Below, one piece after another: positions 56,733-64,000 of a stretch of 64,000 nt of DNA. Each line of letters opens with the position of its first letter. Within the stretch, counting starts at the first letter, position 1. The translations under genes and the position numbers were made by a program. Source of the DNA: an uncultured Muribaculaceae bacterium (lineage in GTDB: Bacteria; Bacteroidota; Bacteroidia; Bacteroidales; Muribaculaceae). The stretch covers positions 16,271 to 80,270 of the forward strand of contig CANRCT010000003.1 in the NCBI GenBank assembly GCA_947629175.1, written 5' to 3'. Under the pieces are notes generated by a model. That model was given only the letters and a program-made list of their open reading frames with translations. It had not been told where the DNA came from and searched no databases.

Positions 56733-58877
56733 ATGACTGGAAGTCTGAGGTACATACTGATTTATGCCGTCGGACTTCTGTCTCCGCTCACAGCCCTTGC
56801 CGACGCATTCGCCGGCAAGGTGCTTGATGAGACAGGGAGCCCGCTGCCGGGAGCCATCGTAAGGATCGACGGCTTCAGACAGCCGGCCATAACCGACCCC
56901 GACGGCCGATTCACATTCGAGATACCGCAAAAATCCACCGCCGACATCACGGTCAGCTATGTCGGCTATACCCCCAACTCCACCGTCATACGCGCCGACG
57001 GCAGCGAGAAAGACAATACGGTGCGCATGAATCCTGATCCGACAATGCTCAGCGAGATCGTTGTGACGGCCACGCGTACACCCAAAACCCTCAAGGATGT
57101 GCCGGTGGTGACACGCGTCATATCAGCCGACGACATCGCCAAGACCGACGCCACCGACATTCAGGATCTTCTGACGGAAGAGCTTCCCGGACTGGAGTTC
57201 GGCTACGCCATGAGTCAGGAAACCTCGCTCAACATGAGCGGCTTCGGAGGCAGTTCGGTGCTCTTTCTCGTCGACGGTGAGCGGCTTGCCGGCGAGACGA
57301 TGGACAATGTCGACTACAACCGCCTCAATCTCGAGAACGTGGGCAAGGTAGAGATCGTCAAAGGAGCCTCTTCGGCCCTGTACGGAGCCAATGCCGTGGG
57401 CGGCGTAGTCAACCTGATCACTCAGGAGAACAACGAGCACTGGCATCTCAACGTCAACTCGCGCTATCGCAGCGCAGGCAAGGAGTGGCGCACCGGAGGC
57501 GAACTCAGCTTCAACTCCGGCAAGTGGAACTCCAACACGTCGGTACAGCACTCTACCCGCAATACGATCAGGCTTACGGACGCATTCGACACCAAATCGA
57601 AGATCCACGAGATCTACGGAGGCAACACCCTTAACATCAAGGAGCATCTCACCTACCGTCTGTCGGATCGCCTGCGTCTGATCGCACGCGGAGGCTACTT
57701 CGCGCGTGTCAGCGACCGGGCCAACTACGATGATCATTACCACGACTACAATGGCGGCCTGCGCGGCATCTGGGATATCGACGACAGTCAGAACCTGGAA
57801 CTGTCATACAGCTACGACCAGTATGACAAGACGCGTTTTGTCAACGACATCCGCACACACGACCACGATTACAGCAACCGGCAGCACATAGTGCACGGCC
57901 TCTACAACAAACTCTGGGGCCTGAACGGACTGACCGTGGGTGCGGACTACATGCACGACTATCTGACGACCTATCAGTTTGTCGACAACGAATCGCATTC
58001 GCAGACATCGATCGACGCATTCGTACAGTTTGACTACAACCCGCTGTCGTGGCTCAACATTGTGGCTTCGGTACGCGACGACTATTTCTCGGAATCCGAC
58101 AACAACGCCGTAACATCGCGCATCGCCACGATGTTCAAGCTCAAGCCGCTGTCGGTCCGTGCCTCCTATTCGGGAGGATTCCGGGCTCCGACTCTCAAGG
58201 AGATGTACATGTGCTTCGACATGGCCGGCATACAGATGATCTACGGCAATCCGGATCTGAAACCTGAAAGGAGTCACAACTTCAATCTCGCGCTGGAGCG
58301 TAACGGCCAGGTACGCGGCGGCATACTCGCTGGCTCCTACAGCCTGACCCTCTCGGGATATTACAACTACTACGACAGCCGTATCACCACCACCGACTTC
58401 CCGGCTACGGCCGACATGGAGGAAGGGGCCATCTATACCAACGAGGACGGAGTGAATGTGATGGGCATCGACTTCAATGCCCGTTACCGCACGCTCTTCG
58501 GCATAGGAGCCTCGGCAAGCTACAACTATCTCCATGTCGACGGCAGACGGTACGACTCACAGTTCAACCAGCCGCGCCCCCACTCGGCTACTTGGCGCCT
58601 TGACTATGACCGGCAGATATGCAGCGGCTACAGAATCTACGCGGGTATCTCCGGACGCTATATGTCAAAACCGGTCAGCCGATACGAGACCGACGGCGCC
58701 TACTCGCTGTGGAAATTCACCCTGCAGCAACGGATATGGCGCGGCATCAGCCTGAACTTCGTGATCGACAATCTGCTGAACTACCGACCCAAGATCTACT
58801 ATTGGAATTCGGCGCCGACCGACGGCCGCTCATGGTCTGTCGGACTGTCAATCGACGTCAACGATTTCTTCAAATAA
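56733..58877 (+). CDS. hmuR: TonB-dependent receptor, HmuR-like
   Basis: N-terminal CarbopepD-like domain, plug (IVVTATRT, VEIVKGASSALYG), FRAP and NPDL motifs; directly upstream of hmuS. Confidence 0.78.
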   Translation: MTGSLRYILIYAVGLLSPLTALADAFAGKVLDETGSPLPGAIVRIDGFRQPAITDPDGRFTFEIPQKSTADITVSYVGYTPNSTVIRADGSEKDNTVRMNPDPTMLSEIVVTATRTPKTLKDVPVVTRVISADDIAKTDATDIQDLLTEELPGLEFGYAMSQETSLNMSGFGGSSVLFLVDGERLAGETMDNVDYNRLNLENVGKVEIVKGASSALYGANAVGGVVNLITQENNEHWHLNVNSRYRSAGKEWRTGGELSFNSGKWNSNTSVQHSTRNTIRLTDAFDTKSKIHEIYGGNTLNIKEHLTYRLSDRLRLIARGGYFARVSDRANYDDHYHDYNGGLRGIWDIDDSQNLELSYSYDQYDKTRFVNDIRTHDHDYSNRQHIVHGLYNKLWGLNGLTVGADYMHDYLTTYQFVDNESHSQTSIDAFVQFDYNPLSWLNIVASVRDDYFSESDNNAVTSRIATMFKLKPLSVRASYSGGFRAPTLKEMYMCFDMAGIQMIYGNPDLKPERSHNFNLALERNGQVRGGILAGSYSLTLSGYYNYYDSRITTTDFPATADMEEGAIYTNEDGVNVMGIDFNARYRTLFGIGASASYNYLHVDGRRYDSQFNQPRPHSATWRLDYDRQICSGYRIYAGISGRYMSKPVSRYETDGAYSLWKFTLQQRIWRGISLNFVIDNLLNYRPKIYYWNSAPTDGRSWSVGLSIDVNDFFK

Positions 58878-58883
58878 CAGATA

Positions 58884-61800
58884 ATGAGCAAAAAAAAGAC
58901 AATTCTACTATCTATAGCTTGCGTTGCCGCAGTCGGCGCAGGCTTCTTGCTTTGGAACAGCCTGGCTTCGCGGACACGCATCGCTTTCGTCAATTATCAG
59001 GCGATAACGCTGGGACAGATCTCCAAGGCCAACGACAACTCTTCCGTGACAATCCATGAGCTCGCACCCGACCAGCTCGGCAAAGCGGGCAAGTATGACA
59101 TGGTATTCGTCAACGGGATGGGACTCCGCATCGACGCCGAGCAGCGTCAGCAGCTTATCGACGCCGCCGAGGCGGGGACGCCGGTGCTGACCACAGCGGC
59201 CACCAATCCGCAGAACCAGATAAATTCGGTCGACTCCATCGACAGCGAGTTTCTGCGCCAGTATCTCACCGGGGGCCGCAACAACTACCGCAACATGCTC
59301 TGCTACGTCAGAAAGTTCATCGACGGCAAGAAACTGTTTGTCGATGAGCCCGGCGACCCGGTTGTAGCGGCGGGATCGCTGCTTTATCATCCCTCGGCCG
59401 ACGATGATCTCACATTCGGCTCGGTGGCCGAGTACGAGCAGTGGCTCCGCAGTCAGGGCAAATGGAGCGACACGGCTCCACGCATCATTCTGACCGGGCA
59501 GATGGGAGTGGCCGACAGTCTCGTCAGCCACCTCGAAAGCACAGGCAATATGGTATATCCTGTGAGTGTCATACAGCCCTTCATCGCCGCCGGGCATGCC
59601 GACTCCGTGCAGGCCTCGGCGATGATCAATATGGCTCACGGACGCATGGGCGACGCTGTGGTGCGCTGGCTCGACAGCCATAACATACCGCTTTTCTCGC
59701 CGGTCAACGCCAACCGCGACTATGACGAGTGGATGGCCGACAAAATGGGCATGAGCGGAGGCTTCATGTCGCAGAGCATTGTCACTCCCGAGATCGACGG
59801 AGCCATCCGACCGTTCACGCTCTTCGCGCATTTCACCGGCGACGACGGACTGCCGAGCGTGGAAGCCATTCCCGGACGCCTCGACGATTTCGTGGCCACT
59901 GTCAACAACTATACGGCGCTTGCACGCAAAGCCAACAAGGACAAGAAGATCGCCATATTCTATTTCAAGGGACCTGGCCAGAGCGCGCTGGTGGCTGAAG
60001 GTATGGACGTAGCCCGGTCGCTGTATAATCTGCTCGTAAAGCTCCGCAACGAAGGCTACAAAGTCGACGGCCTGCCGGCCGACGCCGCCGGACTGGAGAA
60101 GCTGATCGCCGCCAACGGCCGTGTATTCAACGAATATGCCGAGGGAGCGCAGACCGATTTCGTCCGCAACAACAATCCGCAGATGATCAGCCGTGAGGAC
60201 TACGACGCCTGGTGCGACAATGCTTTCTCCAAGGAGATGCGCGGAGAGATCGACGCCGTCGACGGCGAGTTTCCGGGCCACGGGCTGAAAGACGACGCGG
60301 GCAATCTGGCACTGGCACGCATCAGTCTCGGCAACGTAGTGCTCATACCGCAGACTGCGACCGGGCTCGGCAGCGATGACTTCAAGAACGTGCACGGCAC
60401 CGACGCCGCGCCGCCCCACAACTACGTGGCCGCCTATCTTTGGGCGCGCTACGGATTCGGCGCCGACGCGCTGATGCATTTCGGAGCCCACGGCTCTCTC
60501 GAGTTCACTCCGCGCAAACAGGCAGCCCTCGGCAGCGCCGACTGGCCCGACCGCCTGGTAGGCACGATGCCCCACGTCTATGTCTACTCAACCTCAAATG
60601 TGGGCGAGGCCATGATAGCCAAGCGGCGCACATATGCCGGGATAGTCAATTATCTCACCCCGCCGTTCATGGAGAGCGAGGTCAGGGGCATCTACAAAAA
60701 TCTGACCGATGCCATCAACGACTATAACCGCGCTCGCACTCCGACCGATTCGCTGAGGGCATCAGGACTGGTGAAGCGCTATACCCTTGATCTGGGCATA
60801 CACCGCGAACTGCGCATCGACAGCACGGCAGCGCTGACTCCCGACGACATCATGCGCATAGAGAACTTCGCGGAGGAGCTCGCCAACGAAAAAATCACCG
60901 GCGCGCTCTACGTGATGGGAGAGCCCTACGCCGACAAGCATATACGGTCGACCGTCGAGGCCATGACGGTGGATCCGCTCGCCTACAGTCTCAAAAAGCT
61001 CCGCGGTGGTGATCTCCGCGACTGGCGCCGCAAAGCAGTGGAGCTCGTCAGATCGGGCGCTCCTGCCGATGACGCGGCGATATGCCGCATGGCCGGAATC
61101 ACCCCGAGCGATCTTGACAGCGCGCGCAACATACTCCAAGCAGTCGAAGGATCGAAGGATATGCTCTCGCGCATGATGGTGATGGGAGCCATGATGCCCT
61201 CGAAGCCTCAGACCGTCGCGAAGATCTCGGAGCGGCCGGCCACAAAGAAACCGCACGGGATGCTCCCGGGCATGTCGGCCGACAAGGCCATAGAGATGGC
61301 CCGCAAGATGGGAGCCGACGATGAGGCTATCGAGAAGATGAAAGCCGCCATGCAGCGCAAGAGCGTCGCTCCGGCTGCCGGGGGCAAAGCCTCTTCGGGG
61401 CATCTGGGCGGACATCCGGGCATGCAGAAGCCGGCGCTGACAGCCGACCAGATCGCATTCGCCACAGCCGTAAGCGAGGTTGAGCGCGCGCTCGGAAACA
61501 TCGGCCGTTACCGCGAGGCGCTCGCCGGCAGTCCGGCCGCCGAGCTCGCCTCGATAGTCAACGCTCTCAACGGCGGCTACGTTGCTCCGACCTCGGGCGG
61601 CGATCCGGTACTAAATCCCGACATACTGCCTACCGGCCGCAATATGTTTGCGGTGAATGCCGAGGAAACGCCGTCGGCCGTGGCATGGGAGAAGGGCAAG
61701 GAGCTTGCCGAGGGGACTATAGCGATGTACCGCAAGGCCCACGGCGACTCAATTCCCCGCAAGGTGAGCTATACGCTATGGAGCAGCGAATTCATCGAGA

Positions 61801-63131
61801 CCGAAGGAGCTACTATAGCCCAGATACTCTATATGCTCGGCGTGGAGCCAGTGCGCGACCCGTTCGGCCGCGTGACCGACCTGAGGCTGATCCCGTCGGA
61901 GGAGCTGGGACGGCCGCGCATCGACGTTGTAGTGCAGACCTCCGGACAGCTCCGCGACCTGGCCGCCTCGCGCCTCTTCCTCATCAGCCGCGCCGTCAGG
62001 ATGGCGGCCGCAGCCGATGACGACAAGTATCCCAACTATGTGGCCGAGGGCGTAGTCGAGTCGGAGCGCCATCTCGTTGACCGCGGCGTCTCGCCCAAGG
62101 AGGCCCGCGAGCTGTCGACCTCGAGAGTGTTCGGCGGAGTGGGCGGCAGCTACGGCACCGGCATACAGTCCATGGTGGAGGCGGGCGACCGCTGGGACGA
62201 CGCTTCAGAAATAGCCGCCACCTACATCAGCAACATGGGAGCCGACTACGGCAGCGAGGAGTCGTGGGAACAGATGCGCGACTATGCCTTTGAGGCGGCG
62301 CTGACACGCACCGACGCCGTAGTGCAGCCGCGCCAGAGCAATACGTGGGGAGCGCTGAGCCTCGACCATGTGTATGAATTCATGGGCGGCATGAACCTCG
62401 CCGTCAGCAACGTGACCGGCAAGGAGCCCGACGCATACCTGAGCGACTACCGCAACCGCAACCACGCGCGCATGCAGGAGGTGAAGGAGGCGATCGGCGT
62501 GGAAAGCCGCACGACCATACTCAACCCGACGTATATCAGGGAGAAGATGAAAGGCGGATCGGGCGACGCGGCCGCGATAGCGCAGGTGGTCACCAACACC
62601 TACGGATGGAACGTCATGAAGCCCGACGCCATCGACGATGAGCTCTGGGACGGCATCTACGACACCTACATGGCCGACAAGAACCACCTCGGGGTGAAGG
62701 ACTTCTTCCGCTCCAAGAGCCCGGCGGCCATCCAGGAGATGACGGCCGTGATGCTCGAGACGGTGCGCAAGGGCATGTGGGACGCCTCGCCCGAGCAGAT
62801 CGCCGACATAGCCCGGCTTCACACGGAGACGGTAGAGGAATTCGGAGCGGCATGCACCGGTTTCGTCTGCGACAACGCCAGGCTGCGCGACTTCATAGCC
62901 TCGAAAGTCTCGCCCGAGTCGGCCAAAGCCTACAACGAGGCCGTGGCCACGGCAAGAGCCGAGAATATCGCGGCCGACGACAACTCTATGGTGATGAAAC
63001 GCGAGGATCTCAACTCCGCGGAGACCACGACCAACCGCATCAACGGACTGATCGTGGCCGCAGTGGTGGCCGTGGCCATCGCCGGACTTGTGCTCCTCAT
63101 CCGCCGTCGCCGCAAAAACATCCGACAGTAA
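58884..63131 (+). CDS. hmuS: CobN/Mg-chelatase-family membrane protein, HmuS-like
   Basis: MHFGAHGSLEF, LPTGRN, RPRIDVVVQTSG and LSLDHVYEFMGG motifs; N- and C-terminal TM anchors; hmu gene order. Confidence 0.88.
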   Translation: MSKKKTILLSIACVAAVGAGFLLWNSLASRTRIAFVNYQAITLGQISKANDNSSVTIHELAPDQLGKAGKYDMVFVNGMGLRIDAEQRQQLIDAAEAGTPVLTTAATNPQNQINSVDSIDSEFLRQYLTGGRNNYRNMLCYVRKFIDGKKLFVDEPGDPVVAAGSLLYHPSADDDLTFGSVAEYEQWLRSQGKWSDTAPRIILTGQMGVADSLVSHLESTGNMVYPVSVIQPFIAAGHADSVQASAMINMAHGRMGDAVVRWLDSHNIPLFSPVNANRDYDEWMADKMGMSGGFMSQSIVTPEIDGAIRPFTLFAHFTGDDGLPSVEAIPGRLDDFVATVNNYTALARKANKDKKIAIFYFKGPGQSALVAEGMDVARSLYNLLVKLRNEGYKVDGLPADAAGLEKLIAANGRVFNEYAEGAQTDFVRNNNPQMISREDYDAWCDNAFSKEMRGEIDAVDGEFPGHGLKDDAGNLALARISLGNVVLIPQTATGLGSDDFKNVHGTDAAPPHNYVAAYLWARYGFGADALMHFGAHGSLEFTPRKQAALGSADWPDRLVGTMPHVYVYSTSNVGEAMIAKRRTYAGIVNYLTPPFMESEVRGIYKNLTDAINDYNRARTPTDSLRASGLVKRYTLDLGIHRELRIDSTAALTPDDIMRIENFAEELANEKITGALYVMGEPYADKHIRSTVEAMTVDPLAYSLKKLRGGDLRDWRRKAVELVRSGAPADDAAICRMAGITPSDLDSARNILQAVEGSKDMLSRMMVMGAMMPSKPQTVAKISERPATKKPHGMLPGMSADKAIEMARKMGADDEAIEKMKAAMQRKSVAPAAGGKASSGHLGGHPGMQKPALTADQIAFATAVSEVERALGNIGRYREALAGSPAAELASIVNALNGGYVAPTSGGDPVLNPDILPTGRNMFAVNAEETPSAVAWEKGKELAEGTIAMYRKAHGDSIPRKVSYTLWSSEFIETEGATIAQILYMLGVEPVRDPFGRVTDLRLIPSEELGRPRIDVVVQTSGQLRDLAASRLFLISRAVRMAAAADDDKYPNYVAEGVVESERHLVDRGVSPKEARELSTSRVFGGVGGSYGTGIQSMVEAGDRWDDASEIAATYISNMGADYGSEESWEQMRDYAFEAALTRTDAVVQPRQSNTWGALSLDHVYEFMGGMNLAVSNVTGKEPDAYLSDYRNRNHARMQEVKEAIGVESRTTILNPTYIREKMKGGSGDAAAIAQVVTNTYGWNVMKPDAIDDELWDGIYDTYMADKNHLGVKDFFRSKSPAAIQEMTAVMLETVRKGMWDASPEQIADIARLHTETVEEFGAACTGFVCDNARLRDFIASKVSPESAKAYNEAVATARAENIAADDNSMVMKREDLNSAETTTNRINGLIVAAVVAVAIAGLVLLIRRRRKNIRQ

Positions 63132-63826
63132 TGGCTATAGTGGTTATGATCATCATGGCTCTGGTCATCTTCAGCTTCGTGCTGAAGATGACGTGCCATG
63201 GCTGGGCCGGACGCATCGCCACATGCGCCGTGGCCGCCCTCTTCGTCATCGCCACCTACGGCGTGGCCTCCGGACAGTCGAAGACGCAGATAGCCGACTG
63301 GCTCATGCAGCCCGACCTGATGCTCGACCTGTCGGTGTGGCTCACCGTCGACGTAGCGTTTCAGACCGCATTCTGCATTCTCGCCGCCAAACGGCTCTCC
63401 GGACCGCTCGACCGCATGAGGCGGGCGATGCTGGGCGTGTGCCGGTGGGTGCCGGGGCTGCTGATCTTCCCGGTGCTCTTCGCCGTGCTGACCGAGCTGA
63501 TATTCTCCATGCCTGGCGTCGGTTTCGCCACCATAGCCTGGAGCCTGGCCGCAGCCGTGCTCATCGCGGCTCCGCTGCTGGGCGCCGGCCTCCGCTGGCT
63601 CATACCTGAGACCGAGATCAGACTCGAACTGCTCTTCATGGTCAACATGCTCATCGCCGCGCTCGGAGTGGTGGCCACCGTCAACGGCCGCACGGCCGCC
63701 GCCGGCACCAACGAAGCCCACTGGAGTGCGCTCGGCGCCGTAGCTCTCCTGCTCCTCGCCGGCCTCGCCGCAGGCATCGTATGCGACAGATTTCTCACCC
63801 GCAAAAAAATATCCAAAATAAAATGA
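63131..63826 (+). CDS. hmuT: HmuT-like polytopic membrane protein
   Basis: ATG overlaps the hmuS stop (TAATG); about six TM helices; QSKTQIADWL and ELLFMVN segments. Confidence 0.75.
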   Translation: MAIVVMIIMALVIFSFVLKMTCHGWAGRIATCAVAALFVIATYGVASGQSKTQIADWLMQPDLMLDLSVWLTVDVAFQTAFCILAAKRLSGPLDRMRRAMLGVCRWVPGLLIFPVLFAVLTELIFSMPGVGFATIAWSLAAAVLIAAPLLGAGLRWLIPETEIRLELLFMVNMLIAALGVVATVNGRTAAAGTNEAHWSALGAVALLLLAGLAAGIVCDRFLTRKKISKIK

Positions 63827-64000
63827 ACGTAATATCCAACATTCTCTACTGGATCTCCACCGGCCTGCTCGTGCCGGTGATCGTGCTCCTCATCTTCTTT
63901 TTCATCCGTGCGATCATCATGATCGGCGCCTTCTTCGGCCAGTATCTCAACGAAAAGCGCCTCACCGCCCCGCTCTGCCGGCAGCTGCAGCAGCTGACGC
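63823..64000 (+). CDS. hmuU: HmuU-like MotA/TolQ/ExbB protein, 3'-truncated by the window edge
   Basis: MNVISNILYWISTGLLVPVIVLLIFFF; ATGA overlap with hmuT; expected operon position. Confidence 0.7.
   Translation, partial: MNVISNILYWISTGLLVPVIVLLIFFFIRAIIMIGAFFGQYLNEKRLTAPLCRQLQQLT

Noticed and set aside
58884-63131. CobN as evidence of aerobic cobalamin synthesis
   Set aside because: TM anchors, the upstream receptor and the downstream hmuT/hmuU indicate HmuS; no other cob genes are present.
2472-63816. Many long overlapping or antisense ORFs in the track (e.g. 2472-3422+, 10474-11739+, 20801-21886+, 23126-24448-, 32703-33929-, 58908-60575-)
   Set aside because: Shadow frames of well-supported genes in GC-rich DNA; no motifs, promoters or plausible composition.

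Overview
Mostly core chromosome of a GC-rich Bacteroidales bacterium, probably Muribaculaceae (inference from gene content, TAnnTTTG -7 promoter elements and an L25 with an internal insertion). Left to right: T9SS/gliding gldM-gldN, murA/murB, an orphan Fe/B12-type ABC ATPase, serine palmitoyltransferase, a stand-alone RyR-domain protein, an HsdR_N-only protein divergent from holA, LysM, EamA, OmpA, ABC-F, an ABC-2 pair, GNAT, DUF4301, tsaC-clc, two tRNA-Val, mltG, the primary sigma factor, an AT-rich accessory islet (~29.9-32.7 kb), rplY-pth-hslR-NYN, anSME, rpmH, tRNA-Arg, ung-DUF5103-DUF3109-GH20, pta-ackA-ddh-agcS-sufT-lpxH, a ThrE pair, LysR, and a hmu-like heme/iron operon running off the right edge. 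No integrase, transposase, reverse transcriptase or CRISPR array was seen. Best leads: (1) a ~230-nt promoter-led structured RNA containing a ~160-nt rod with strand-biased G-U pairs, heading the AT-rich islet of orphan genes; (2) an 85-aa orphan protein ending in the beta-clamp motif QLSLF with an inverted repeat over its promoter; (3) a hmuRSTU-like operon where hmuY is replaced by a Met-rich calycin-like lipoprotein, preceded by a PepSY-TM gene and divergent from a hemerythrin-LuxR regulator; (4) a promoter-to-terminator ~85-nt sRNA candidate at 50.8-50.9 kb; (5) a NYN nuclease appended to the L25-Pth-Hsp15 cluster. All assignments are by eye; no database searches were run.
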